The notes beneath the pieces are model-generated. The model was not told the DNA's origin and made no database searches. It saw nothing but the letters and a program-made list of their open reading frames with translations. From Patescibacteria group bacterium (GTDB lineage: Bacteria; Patescibacteriota; Minisyncoccia; Phycocordibacterales; Phycocordibacteraceae), in NCBI GenBank assembly GCA_038078715.1, contig JBBTSU010000003.1:34861-98254 (forward strand): a DNA stretch of 63,394 bases, written 5' to 3'. Both the position numbers and the translations under genes were made by a program. Positions 27,510 to 37,582 of this stretch are shown one piece after another (position 1 is the stretch's first letter; each line of letters begins with the position of its first letter).

Positions 27510-28862
27510 ATGTATATGGTGTTGCGCGCTCTTTTCGGTGGCTTCCTGATTGTATTTGTCTTTGTGACGAGCGGCATATTTGCCGTACCGACAAATGCAC
27601 AAGAACTTTCAGAGAGTGAACGTGAGGAGCTTGAAGAAGAGTATGACAAACTCCAAGAAGAAATTGCACAATGGGAGAAGATTCTCGCCGAGACCCGTGC
27701 GCAGAAGGGTACTCTCCAAGGGGATGTGACGGCACTGAACGCACAGATTCGGGAAGCGGAAACGCAGATCAAAGCAAAGAATAACGCTATCTCTCGTTTG
27801 GGTGGGGAGATTAAAAAGCGCAATGCGCGGATTGGAGAACTAGAAACAAAGATTGGGTCTGGACAGCAGTCCCTTGCGGCGATGCTCCGTCGTCAGAATC
27901 AAGTAGACGACCTCACGTTGTTTGAGATTGCGCTTGCCACTGAGAATGCCTTCTCTCTTTTTGAGGACGTGGATAATATGATTTCCGTACAAATTGGACT
28001 TCATGCAGAGTTTGCGGAACTTCGTGGTGTGAAGGCAGAGACAGAAGCGGAGCGTGAGGCGCTATCTGCACGACAGGATGCGGAGCTTGATGCGCGCTAC
28101 GTGGTAGAGACGAAGAAGGCACAGGTGGCCAAAAATGAAGCGGAGAAGCAGCGGTTGCTTGCAATTAAGGCAAATGAAGAAGCAGCCTACAATCAGGTGT
28201 TGCAGCAGCGTCAGGCACAGGCAGCAGAGATTCGTGCACGTCTCTTCCCGCTTCGTGACACGGAAGGTGTTGAATTCGGGGACGCGGTGACGTATGCAGA
28301 GCAAGCGTCTACCAAGACCGGTGTTCGTCCTGCGCTTATTCTTGCCATTCTTTCGCAAGAGTCTGATCTTGGAAAGAACGTGGGTAATTGTTACGTCACG
28401 GATCTTACGACGGGAGATGGAAAGGGGAAGAATACCGGCACGCCATTTCTTGGGGTGATGAAGGTACCGCGTGACACGGTGCCTTTTTAGCGCATCACGG
28501 CAGCACTTGCAAAGGATTGGTCCACGACTCCTGTGTCCTGCCCGCAGCCAGGAGGCTACGGAGGTGCAATGGGTCCGACGCAGTTTATTCCTTCCACTTG
28601 GGAACTATTCGAACCTCGTTTGAAGAGTGCGCTTGGGGTGTCTGCGACGAATCCATGGAATGCAGGACACGCCATTATGGCCACCGGTGTGTATCTTGCA
28701 GATGTCGGAGCGAGTGTAGGGGGGTACAGTGCAGAACATCGTGCCGCTGCGACCTATTACGCAGGATCAGGATGGGCAACACGCGGACAAACGTATGCAA
28801 ACTCGGTGATGGCAAAGGCGACGAAATTCCAGGAAGATATTGACTTCCTCGCGGATAACTAA
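27510..28862 (+). pseudogene. Coiled-coil + lytic murein transglycosylase (SLT/MltB-like) interrupted by in-frame TAG at 28488-28490
   Basis: ORF 27510..28490 (coiled coil, then ILAILSQESDLGKNVG) continues in the same frame past TAG: RITAALAKDWSTTPVSCPQPGGYGGAMGPTQFIPSTW..YYAG, ending at 28862. Confidence 0.8.
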
Positions 28863-28919
28863 TACTTATCCCCGTGAGAGAGGATGCATGCGGTGAATCA
28901 CGCGTAGAATAGAGAATAT

Positions 28920-29885
28920 ATGGAGAGTACAAAGCCGAATTCATTGGTAGTCGCTGCGGGCGTGATTATTGTAATCGTGCTTCTCGTCCTCGCGGTTGCC
29001 TATGTACCATTTTTGAGTGGAATCCGAAGTTGGTGGGATGTTGCCACAGCACCCGTTGAAGTAAAAGAGGTGGGGTATATTGGAATAGAACAGGGGAGGG
29101 GAGTGGTATACACCATTGGAATGTTCGGCCTCGAGACACTTTCGTTTGAAGAGTTTTCGGTTATAGACTATGTTGCACATGGTTCTGTCAAAATTGCGGT
29201 GCTTAAATCAGGAGAACGCTACGATGTATACGAAGTGTCTGCACCCGAGCCAGTACGTCTCACCACGGATGGACGACAGAAAGATTCTTTGGATATTTCA
29301 AAGGATGGCACAAAAGTAGTCTATGGAGTGAAGGTGCGTTCTACCGCATTCCCTGGCGCAAAACCAACTGATGTGATTTACAACCTTCCTGATTGGGAGG
29401 TTCACGAGCTTGATCTCGCCACTATAGAAGATCGTACGGTAGGTCCTGGCAATCACCCACGCTTCTATGGTGAAGGATTGCTGTATCCTGCACCTGCAGG
29501 ATTCGTATATCGTATTGCGGGGGAGAATGGTGTATTTGATTCGCTTGATACATGGAGCATCTACCCTGATGTAATGGCGTATAGAGTCATGCGTCTTCCC
29601 GTACTCACTGATGAAGGTCTCATGGCATTTCCAAGTATTACTGCATCTGCCTACGATGCGGTCTCCGTGACGTCAGTAAGCCCACTTGCATTTGTAGTGG
29701 CACCTGACGCACCCATTGACGTTCCTCCCGGTACCTACGATCTCATGGTAAAGGGTACTCATGAGTACGTGCTTCTTCCAGGAGCAGAGGGTGCAATCAT
29801 TGCGAAACTTACTGATGGTGCGATACGTCAGGTCTTCACCTTTCCTGCGTCCTATGCACCGCAACGTTTCGCTCAGATCCGTTAG
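28920..29885 (+). CDS. Membrane-anchored hypothetical protein with TolB/WD40-like segment
   Basis: N-terminal TM; VRLTTDGRQKDSLDISKDGTKVVY. Confidence 0.7.
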   Translation: MESTKPNSLVVAAGVIIVIVLLVLAVAYVPFLSGIRSWWDVATAPVEVKEVGYIGIEQGRGVVYTIGMFGLETLSFEEFSVIDYVAHGSVKIAVLKSGERYDVYEVSAPEPVRLTTDGRQKDSLDISKDGTKVVYGVKVRSTAFPGAKPTDVIYNLPDWEVHELDLATIEDRTVGPGNHPRFYGEGLLYPAPAGFVYRIAGENGVFDSLDTWSIYPDVMAYRVMRLPVLTDEGLMAFPSITASAYDAVSVTSVSPLAFVVAPDAPIDVPPGTYDLMVKGTHEYVLLPGAEGAIIAKLTDGAIRQVFTFPASYAPQRFAQIR

Positions 29886-29891
29886 TCGCTT

Positions 29892-31694
29892 ATGAACCTT
29901 ACTATGCACACTTCACACTTCTCAGTTGCCGGGCTCGTGTTTCTTGCAATTATCGCGGTAGTTCAATTCTCTCCGACACAGCTTGCGATGGCACAATGTG
30001 GAGGGGTTACCTATACCGGAGTCGCAGGTCCTTCGCAGATTGGTACCGGATTTGCAGGACAACCAGAGTACCAAAATCTTGGTGGGGGGACATGGGATCC
30101 AGTCATACAGGACGTCTTGAACAACAGCCTAGATTACGGTGACGAACCTGAAAAGAACTTCTACTCATTCATGTTTCCTGAAAATGTATTTGCCCAATGT
30201 GGTGGGAGTTCGGCAAGCAGTACCCCGTCGGTCACTCTGACGGCCACTCCAGGTGCAATTAGCACTCCAGGGTCTTCCACTCTCTCGTGGGCGGCTTCCA
30301 ATGTCGCTTCATGTGCTGGGGGAGGATTCTCTACTGGTGGTGCAACCTCAGGAGAGGTAGTAGTCTCTCCGACTGATACCACGGTATATACCATCACGTG
30401 TTCGGTGAGTGGAGGATCAGCAACATGGCAGTACAGTAGTTCTAATACCAACGACTATGCCTGTCCCGTGACGACTCGTCAGAATGAGTTATTCGGCAAC
30501 ATGCCAGACTGTCCGAACGCATCTCCAGAAGGACAGGCATGTAGTCCTGAAGGTGAACGATGTAAGGTGAATACGGTAAGTGGATGCAATGTGGACAGCA
30601 CCATTTATACCTGTAGCGCTGGTGAGTCGGTAAATGATGATGTAACCGTCACTGTTGCGGCATGTGTTCCAACCTACAATGCTTCTCTGTGGTACACCGG
30701 GGGGACACAGGTTGGGTCTGCATCAGACGGAAACAACAACCCTCTTAGTTGTGACTCCATTAGCCCAGGAGGAATCACGTATACCAATTGGAATAGAGAA
30801 GTACGGTATCAGAATAGCCCCGTGGTTGATCCAGTGGTGACTACTTGTTACTACTACACGGGCTCTACAGGCACGCAATCAAAACCTCCTGTGACGCAGG
30901 GCAACGATGACTATTATTACGACTCTGGCACCTCATGTGCGGTTCCACCAGTTTCAGAGTGTTCTGATGGCACGGACAATGACGGTGATGGTGACACAGA
31001 CTATCTGAATGACAACGGGTGTAGCGACGGCGCAGATGATGATGAATCCAATGATCCGCCCCCACAGTGTTCTGACAATGCGGACAATAATGCTGCAGGT
31101 GGATCAGACTATCCAGATGATCCTTCATGCAGCAGTCCAGATGATGACACTGAAGATGGAGTAGTGGCCGGCGTATCGTGTACCGTTGATTCCACCAGTG
31201 TGAACGCAGGTGGCACCACCACCTATCATGCCTCAGGAACCAATGGCGCAGGTGCACCATATACATGGACGCCTTCAGGACAGACGAATTGTACTGGAGG
31301 TACCAACAACACCTGTACCTTTACGAATCCTGGTCCGTACACTATGTCGGTACGTGGCACTGGTGGAGGGAATCCAAGTGCTTCCTGTCCGGTGGTGACG
31401 GTTGGTTGTGTGGGCGCGCCCGAAGTTTCTCTTACCGCAAACGGAGAGGTAGAAGATACTCGTGTAAACGCGGGAGAATCTGCAACGATTGCCTGGGAAG
31501 CGAATGGCATCTCAGCAAGCTCCTGTACGCTCTATGAGAACGAGGTGGCGATTCAGACGCTGACGCCAAACGCATGTAACGTGACGGGCTCGGTGGCACG
31601 TACCATTAATACCCAGAAGGTCTATACCCTCGACTGTGCAGGGGACACCTCTACGGTAATCGTGAACATAGATGCAGGTCCTCAGGAGTTCTAG
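29892..31694 (+). CDS. Secreted Cys-rich protein, paralogue of 26033..27472
   Basis: Signal peptide; two CSDxxDN repeats; C-terminal region (SCTVDS..GAGAPY.WTP..QTNCTG..CTF..YTMSV..CP.VT.GC..V..TA.GE..D.RV) shared with 26033..27472. Confidence 0.8.
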   Translation: MNLTMHTSHFSVAGLVFLAIIAVVQFSPTQLAMAQCGGVTYTGVAGPSQIGTGFAGQPEYQNLGGGTWDPVIQDVLNNSLDYGDEPEKNFYSFMFPENVFAQCGGSSASSTPSVTLTATPGAISTPGSSTLSWAASNVASCAGGGFSTGGATSGEVVVSPTDTTVYTITCSVSGGSATWQYSSSNTNDYACPVTTRQNELFGNMPDCPNASPEGQACSPEGERCKVNTVSGCNVDSTIYTCSAGESVNDDVTVTVAACVPTYNASLWYTGGTQVGSASDGNNNPLSCDSISPGGITYTNWNREVRYQNSPVVDPVVTTCYYYTGSTGTQSKPPVTQGNDDYYYDSGTSCAVPPVSECSDGTDNDGDGDTDYLNDNGCSDGADDDESNDPPPQCSDNADNNAAGGSDYPDDPSCSSPDDDTEDGVVAGVSCTVDSTSVNAGGTTTYHASGTNGAGAPYTWTPSGQTNCTGGTNNTCTFTNPGPYTMSVRGTGGGNPSASCPVVTVGCVGAPEVSLTANGEVEDTRVNAGESATIAWEANGISASSCTLYENEVAIQTLTPNACNVTGSVARTINTQKVYTLDCAGDTSTVIVNIDAGPQEF

Positions 31695-31736
31695 GTAATT
31701 GCATAGCCCCCTGGTGCGTGGTAAAGTGCCCGGATT

Positions 31737-31985
31737 ATGAAGGCAGACATTCATCCGGCAGACTACCGTACCGTCCTTTTTGAGGATATCTCCTCAGGTG
31801 CCCAGTTCCTTATCGGCTCCACAATCCGTACTGAGGAAACGGGTACCTACGAAGGGAAGGAATACCCAAAGGTACTGATTGAAATCTCCTCAAAGTCCCA
31901 TCCGTTCTACACTGGTGAGGACCGCACGCTTGATAAGACTGGCCGCGTGGAAAAGTTCAAGCAACGCGCACTCAAGAAGAAATAA
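31737..31985 (+). CDS. rpmE2: 50S ribosomal protein L31, type B (Zn-free)
   Basis: MKADIHP..YR.VLFED, EISSKSHPFYTG, GRVEKF. Confidence 0.95.
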   Translation: MKADIHPADYRTVLFEDISSGAQFLIGSTIRTEETGTYEGKEYPKVLIEISSKSHPFYTGEDRTLDKTGRVEKFKQRALKKK

Positions 31986-31996
31986 CGACGAGAATG

Positions 31997-32021
31997 AAAA
32001 GCCCCGCTCCGCGGGGTTTTT
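31997..32021. terminator. Intrinsic terminator-like hairpin after rpmE2
   Basis: aaaagccccgc-tcc-gcggggttttt. Confidence 0.7.
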
Positions 32022-32038
32022 CGCGTTATCATTGACCC

Positions 32039-32989
32039 ATGGAATATTCATCCGAATTTAAAAAGAACTTTGCCACCGCGTATCTTGCGGAGGAGTATGA
32101 ACGCCTTGAAGAAGAGCGTACGTCTGCTATTGATGCCGCTGGTATGGATCCTGATCTCATTGCCATGGCCAAGGAGGACGAGACGCGGATACATGCACGG
32201 CAGGAGGAGATTCTTCGTGATATAGAACGTATTTTGAATAAAGAGAAGGAAGAGGAAGCAAAACCCAAGGCGGTGGTGCTTGAATTTCGTGCCGCGGCAG
32301 GAGGGGACGAGGCTACGCTCTTTGCGAGCGAGCTTAAGGACATGTACCTCAAGTATGCCGAGAGTAAAGGATGGAGGGTTCGCATCATAGACGAGCTCAC
32401 GATTGAGATTGCGGGGGAGGAAGCATACGAGGCGCTTCGGTATGAGACTGGTGTGCACCGTGTCCAGCGGGTTCCTCTCACCGAGAAGTCTGGTCGTATC
32501 CATACCTCTACGGCGTCTGTTGCGGTGCTTCCGATACGCACCAAACCGAAATTTGAAATCAATCCTGCAGATATTGAAATGGAGTTCTCTCGTTCAGGCG
32601 GAGCAGGGGGGCAGAACGTGAACAAGGTGGAGTCTGCGGTTCGTCTTATTCACAAGCCGACAGGAATAGATGTGCGGTCTACGAGCGAGCGAAGTCAGAT
32701 TGCGAACCGCGAGAAAGCCATGCAGATTCTCTCGGCAAAGCTTGATAGCTTGTATGAAGAAGAGGAGGCAAAGAAGCATGCTGCAGAACGTAAGGATCAG
32801 ATTGGAACGGGGAGTCGGTCTGAGAAAATACGCACCTATAACTATCTCCAGGACCGTATTACCGATCATCGCATCAAGGAGTCCTGGCACAATCTCCCTA
32901 AAATCCTGCTTGGGGGCTTGGACCCTATCGTAGAGACTCTTCAGGAACGGGCAGCGGCGGGAGGGATAGGGGCAGCCGAGGAGGATTGA
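32039..32989 (+). CDS. prfA: Peptide chain release factor 1 (N-terminally shortened)
   Basis: [20 protein letters not shown] (PxT motif of RF1), [21 protein letters not shown]. Confidence 0.95.
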   Translation: MEYSSEFKKNFATAYLAEEYERLEEERTSAIDAAGMDPDLIAMAKEDETRIHARQEEILRDIERILNKEKEEEAKPKAVVLEFRAAAGGDEATLFASELKDMYLKYAESKGWRVRIIDELTIEIAGEEAYEALRYETGVHRVQRVPLTEKSGRIHTSTASVAVLPIRTKPKFEINPADIEMEFSRSGGAGGQNVNKVESAVRLIHKPTGIDVRSTSERSQIANREKAMQILSAKLDSLYEEEEAKKHAAERKDQIGTGSRSEKIRTYNYLQDRITDHRIKESWHNLPKILLGGLDPIVETLQERAAAGGIGAAEED

Positions 32990-33030
32990 ACCCCAGAACA
33001 AGGCATGGTAGACTCCTCCCTAATTGATAT

Positions 33031-33732
33031 ATGGTAGTTAATGACCTCAAAGGCCCGGGTGTGGACCGTCTGTTTTCTACAGGCGCTCATTTTGCGCAGC
33101 TCAAGAGCCGCCGCCATCCATCTATGAAGAAGTTCATTGTGGGCATGAAGTCCCGCGTAGAGATCTTTGACCTCGCAAAGACGGACGAGCAGCTTGCTGC
33201 TGCAAAGGAGGCAATTGCCGCTATGGCTCGTGATGGCAAGGTGGTTATGTTTGTGGGAGGGAAGCGTGAGGTATCTGACGCCGTTCGCCGTGTCGGAGAG
33301 CGTCTTAACGTTCCGTACGTAGATGGCCGCTGGCTTGGAGGTACCATATCTAACTTCGTAGAGATCAAGAAACGTATTGAGCGTCTTGCAGATCTTCTTG
33401 GAAAGCGTGAGAGCGGTGAACTTGCAAAGCTCCACACGAAGCTTGAGCGCGTGTTCATTGACCGCGAGATTGCACGCCTTGATGAGCGCCTTCACGGCAT
33501 TGCGGAGCTTCAGAAGCGTCCTGACGCTATGGTGGTTGTTGATACTCGCCAGGAGGCATACGCAGTAAAGGAGGCACGTGCCGTTGGCATCCCCGTCATC
33601 GGTATCATGAGCTCTGATTGTGATTTGACGGACGCAACGTTCCCAATCGTCACCAACGATGCCTCCCGCGCAACCGTTGGCCTCGTGCTTGATGAACTTG
33701 CCGCTGCATACGAGGCAGGCAAGAAGGCGTAA
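33031..33732 (+). CDS. rpsB: 30S ribosomal protein S2
   Basis: GAHFAQ..HPSM, MFVGGK, RWLGGTISNF, AVKEA. Confidence 0.95.
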   Translation: MVVNDLKGPGVDRLFSTGAHFAQLKSRRHPSMKKFIVGMKSRVEIFDLAKTDEQLAAAKEAIAAMARDGKVVMFVGGKREVSDAVRRVGERLNVPYVDGRWLGGTISNFVEIKKRIERLADLLGKRESGELAKLHTKLERVFIDREIARLDERLHGIAELQKRPDAMVVVDTRQEAYAVKEARAVGIPVIGIMSSDCDLTDATFPIVTNDASRATVGLVLDELAAAYEAGKKA

Positions 33733-33771
33733 CTAGGCCTTTCGTTCTGTTCGCCCTAACCTTTTCTTTTT

Positions 33772-34353
33772 ATGGATATATCTACTGACGTACTCAAGAC
33801 TCTCCGTGATAAGACCGGTGTTTCGGTCATGCAGTGCAAGAAAGCACTTGAAGAGGCAGGAGGGGATGTAGATAAGGCAGAAGTGATTCTTCGCAAGAAG
33901 AGTGGTGCAGCGGCTGAGAAGAAGGGAGATCGCGAACTCGGTGCTGGCTGGATCGGTTCCTACGTCCATGATGGAACCATCGGTGCGATGGTGCTTCTTT
34001 CTTCAGAGACTGATTTCGTTGCAAAGAACGAAGAGTTTGGCGCACTCGCACGAGAGATCGCGATGCAGGTTGCTGCAGGGAATCCTACCTATCTTTCCGA
34101 TAGCGAGATCCCACAGGATGCCAAGGACGCAGCCAATGCTGTCTTTGCCGCTGAGGTAGAAGGAAAGCCAGAAGAGATGAAGGCAAAGATTCTTGAAGGA
34201 AAGCTTGCCGCATACTTCCAGAGCCAGGTACTTTTGAATCAGCTCTACATCAAGGACGACAGCAAGACCATTAAGGATCTTTTGTCTGAGGCCACACAGA
34301 AGTTTGGAGAGCGTATTGAGATTTCTAAGTTTGCGCGCTTCTCCGCTCGCTAA
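33772..34353 (+). CDS. tsf: Elongation factor Ts (short form)
   Basis: LRDKTGVSVMQCKKAL, SETDFVAKN, MQVAA.NP. Confidence 0.95.
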   Translation: MDISTDVLKTLRDKTGVSVMQCKKALEEAGGDVDKAEVILRKKSGAAAEKKGDRELGAGWIGSYVHDGTIGAMVLLSSETDFVAKNEEFGALAREIAMQVAAGNPTYLSDSEIPQDAKDAANAVFAAEVEGKPEEMKAKILEGKLAAYFQSQVLLNQLYIKDDSKTIKDLLSEATQKFGERIEISKFARFSAR

Positions 34354-34357
34354 CTAC

Positions 34358-34774
34358 ATGATCTACCTCGCGATATTCGTCGTCGCGCTCGTGCTGTTCT
34401 TTGGGTTTCTTTTCTTGAACAGCGTAGAGCAGAAGAAGGGGGCTCGTATCTTGTCAGGAATGCGCAGTGCACTTGACGCACGTGTGGCTCGTGCGACCGG
34501 AGTGGTCGCACACGTAGACTTCAGTGCGTTCCTTTGGAATCTCTCTAAGGATGTTACAGGACGTCTTGTGCACGACATCGCCCACGTCTCGCTCATTGCG
34601 GTCCGTTCGCTTGAGCGCCTGCTCACTCGTCTGGTGCGTTTTATTCGCAGCCGCGTGCATGCACCTCAGGTTGTGGAAGGGAAGCGCTCTGCGTTCGTAG
34701 AAACCATCACCTATTTCAAGAAAACACTTCGTCGTTCCAAGGAGACGACAGAACCGGAAGAACGTGTAAAATAG
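34358..34774 (+). CDS. Hypothetical membrane protein
   Basis: ATG 34358; N-terminal TM; fills the tsf-tRNA gap. Confidence 0.65.
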   Translation: MIYLAIFVVALVLFFGFLFLNSVEQKKGARILSGMRSALDARVARATGVVAHVDFSAFLWNLSKDVTGRLVHDIAHVSLIAVRSLERLLTRLVRFIRSRVHAPQVVEGKRSAFVETITYFKKTLRRSKETTEPEERVK

Positions 34775-34782
34775 GGCACATT

Positions 34783-34858
34783 GCCGCCTTAGCTCAGTTG
34801 GTAGAGCAACACTTTTGTAAAGTGAAGGTCCCCGGTTCAAGCCCGGGAGGCGGCTCCA
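34783..34858 (+). tRNA. trnT: tRNA-Thr(UGU)
   Basis: Cloverleaf: acceptor GCCGCCT/AGGCGGC, D arm GCTC-AGTTGGTA-GAGC, anticodon loop TT-TGT-AA, T arm CCCGG-TTCAAGC-CCGGG, encoded CCA. Confidence 0.97.
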
Positions 34859-34861
34859 AAG

Positions 34862-35545
34862 TTAGTTTGTAGTGGTCGTTGCGGTAGAGGTCGCAGGAAT
34901 GAGGAGTCCTTCAGGGAAGGAATCTTCAAGGTCTTCAAGAGTCGTGAAGCCATAGGCACGCGTGCCCTGTATCACAAATGCGGGGAGTTCTGCCTTTACC
35001 TTCTCTACCGCGATAAGGGTCTTCAGTGCCGCAAGGTCTAGGTTGTAGTCAAAGGAGTACACGCGGAGGTCAGGATACGTCTGGCGGAGGTAGGAGAGGG
35101 CGTAGCCGGCACGATCGCAATCCTCACACTGTCCTGGCACGTTGCTGTAGAAGTAGAGAGCGACGACGGGCTCAAGGTCACAGGTGCGTGCGAGACGCTT
35201 GGTCAAAAGATAGTCACGGATCTGGAGAAGGGTGTAGCGTTCCTTGAGGCGAAGCACTTCTGGGTCAGTGGCACCGAGGCGTTCCTCCGCAAAAGCGAGA
35301 CGATCACCAAGACCTCCAAGCTCAGTCGTGAATGCGTTATTTCCTTCAAGACCTTCACAAGGAGCCTCTGCAAGAAGCGCATACTGTGTTTCTATAGAAA
35401 GGGTGTCGGTGGCAAGTTGATCTTCAATAGCGCGAAGTTCAGCGACACGCTGTTCGTTGAGGAAGTTCACGGCGTACAAGACAGTCGCAATAATAGCGAC
35501 GGTAATGGCGAGAGCGATAAGCGCATTACGAAGGTAGAAAGGCAT
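34862..35545 (-). CDS. Membrane-anchored thioredoxin-like-fold protein (CxxC)
   Basis: N-terminal TM; LYFYSNVPGQCEDC, RVYSFDYNLD, LPAFVI. Confidence 0.65.
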   Translation of the reverse strand: MPFYLRNALIALAITVAIIATVLYAVNFLNEQRVAELRAIEDQLATDTLSIETQYALLAEAPCEGLEGNNAFTTELGGLGDRLAFAEERLGATDPEVLRLKERYTLLQIRDYLLTKRLARTCDLEPVVALYFYSNVPGQCEDCDRAGYALSYLRQTYPDLRVYSFDYNLDLAALKTLIAVEKVKAELPAFVIQGTRAYGFTTLEDLEDSFPEGLLIPATSTATTTTN

Positions 35546-35551
35546 GAAAGA

Positions 35552-36802
35552 TTAACGCCAGGAACGACGGGTAGAGGTAGCCACATCTGCAACTGAGCGT
35601 ACGAGCCAGAGTGGGGCAATGAGGCCATACACGAACATGTACCCAAGGATACCGACGCCAAGGTTTGCAGGAGTGTGAGAGATCTTACGACCGACGAGTA
35701 CGAAGAGGATACTGCCCACGACGGCAACGACTGCAAGAAGGGTGAAGAGGGTGAGTGGGAAGTAGAACCACTCAATGGCGCCGAGCTTCGGGACGATGGT
35801 GCTTACTGTGTAGTCAAATGGGACCCCTGACGCAATCAAGAAGGTGTTTATTCCTTCTTTCACGAGCTGGTAGATCACAATACCAAACATGAGAATACCG
35901 CCGATAATCGCAAAGAAACCGAGCGGAAGAACGATGAGACCGAGCGCGCCGTAGCGAGGGTTACCAACCAACCCACGATATTCGTAGAGCATGTTGCGGA
36001 GGAACCCGGTAGTCCAGCGAGTGCGCTGCTTTACGAGAGAGGGAACTGATCGTGGGGTTGCGGTCTCTACGCGTGCTTTCGGTGCGCTATCAATCTTGTA
36101 GCCTTGCTGCTGCATACGGAGCGCCATTTCCATATCTTCGGTGTGGTGTCCGTGACGGAAACCGCCAATCTTCTCAATGATGTCGCGGCGATAGAGGGAG
36201 AAGGGTCCTGGAGTGACGTAGATACCGTTTACTGCGGCAAGAATGTGACGAAGCGCAATACCCATGATGTATTCGGCATTCTGCATGCGCTCAAGGAGGT
36301 TCGTTGGCTTGTGTACCGACATGGCTGCAGTGGTTGCACCTACCTCAGGATCATCAAAACAAGAGATCATCTCGCGGAGTGCGTCTTTGTGGACGAAAGA
36401 ATCTGCATCAAGACAACCCACAATCTCTGCATCTTTTGCGGCGTCTATACCAGCATTAAGCGCAACATGCTTTCCACCGTTTTTCTGATGAATGACGGAG
36501 ACCTGGGCATGATGCGCGAAGCCGTCCATGACTTTTCCGGTAGCGTCGGTAGAGCCATCGTTCACCAGAATGATCTGGAGTTTTTCCTTTGGATATTCAA
36601 GTGCGAGAAGGGACTCCACAGTAGCACCAACTGTCTTTTCTTCGTTGAAGCAAGGGACAATCATGGCGACCATTGGAGTTTTTGGAGAGACCACACGAGC
36701 GCGTGCATCTTTTGCAGGCTGGGATAGGAAGGTCACTAGCAAAAAGGCCTCAAAGTAGATGGCCGCAAAGAGAAAAGGATACGCAAGTACCGTAAGATCC
36801 AT
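35552..36802 (-). CDS. Processive GT2 glycosyltransferase (PgaC/cellulose-synthase-like)
   Basis: VPCFNEE, DGSTD, LDADS, TED, QRTRW (QxxRW), flanking TM segments. Confidence 0.92.
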   Translation of the reverse strand: MDLTVLAYPFLFAAIYFEAFLLVTFLSQPAKDARARVVSPKTPMVAMIVPCFNEEKTVGATVESLLALEYPKEKLQIILVNDGSTDATGKVMDGFAHHAQVSVIHQKNGGKHVALNAGIDAAKDAEIVGCLDADSFVHKDALREMISCFDDPEVGATTAAMSVHKPTNLLERMQNAEYIMGIALRHILAAVNGIYVTPGPFSLYRRDIIEKIGGFRHGHHTEDMEMALRMQQQGYKIDSAPKARVETATPRSVPSLVKQRTRWTTGFLRNMLYEYRGLVGNPRYGALGLIVLPLGFFAIIGGILMFGIVIYQLVKEGINTFLIASGVPFDYTVSTIVPKLGAIEWFYFPLTLFTLLAVVAVVGSILFVLVGRKISHTPANLGVGILGYMFVYGLIAPLWLVRSVADVATSTRRSWR

Positions 36803-36860
36803 ATGCCTTAATTTACCTTGGAGTATAGCAAATTTGGCCTATTTTCTCTATACTGGGCGG

Positions 36861-37580
36861 ATGCATGAGGGGAAAATCCATCCTATTACTGCGGCGACCC
36901 GTGATATCGCCGATATCTTTGGCCGTATGGGCTTTTCCATAGAATATGGTCCTGAGCTTGAGGATGACTGGCATAATTTCACCGCACTTAACATTCCTGT
37001 CGATCATCCGGCCCGTGACATGCAGGACACCTTCTGGACCAAAGAGGATACTCCACGTGTGCCGCGCACCCACACGACGGCGGTGTCTATTCGCTGTCTT
37101 GAAAAGATGGCGAAGGAAGGACTCACCTCATATCGTGCTATTTCTCCTGCAAAAGTATTTCGTAATGAGCGCACGGATCTTACGCACGAGGCGCAGTTCT
37201 ATCAGCTTGATGGATTTGCGGTAGGTCCTGATGTCACACTTGCACATTTGAAGGGCACCTTTGAAACATTCTTCCGAGAGTTCCTTGGTCCTGAAGCAAA
37301 GGTTCGTTTTCGTCCAAGCTTCTTCGGATTCACCGAGCCATCGGTAGAAGTAGATCTTTGGTTTCAGCCAGAGGGGAAGGAAGGCCGTTGGCTTGAGTAT
37401 TGTGGTGCTGGCATGCTTCATCCGAACGTGATTCGCAACGCAGGACTAGATCCTGAGAAGGTACAGGGATTTGCATGGGGTGGGGGACTTGAGCGCCTCA
37501 TCATGATTAAGTCAGGCGTGCCTGATGTCCGTATGTTCCATAACGGCGACATACGCTTCGTCCACGGATTCTCTGAATAA
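36861..37580 (+). CDS. pheS: Phenylalanyl-tRNA synthetase alpha subunit (no N-terminal coiled coil)
   Basis: HPIT, HPARDMQDTF, RTHT, FRNE..D.THE.QF.Q, RFRPSFF.FTEPS, GFAWG.GLERL. Confidence 0.97.
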   Translation: MHEGKIHPITAATRDIADIFGRMGFSIEYGPELEDDWHNFTALNIPVDHPARDMQDTFWTKEDTPRVPRTHTTAVSIRCLEKMAKEGLTSYRAISPAKVFRNERTDLTHEAQFYQLDGFAVGPDVTLAHLKGTFETFFREFLGPEAKVRFRPSFFGFTEPSVEVDLWFQPEGKEGRWLEYCGAGMLHPNVIRNAGLDPEKVQGFAWGGGLERLIMIKSGVPDVRMFHNGDIRFVHGFSE

Positions 37581-37582
37581 GT

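Noticed and set aside
36803-36860. Phe-rich leader peptide / attenuator for pheST
   Set aside because: The intergenic region is a short divergent promoter zone with TATACT 6 nt before the ATG; no Phe-rich uORF or terminator.
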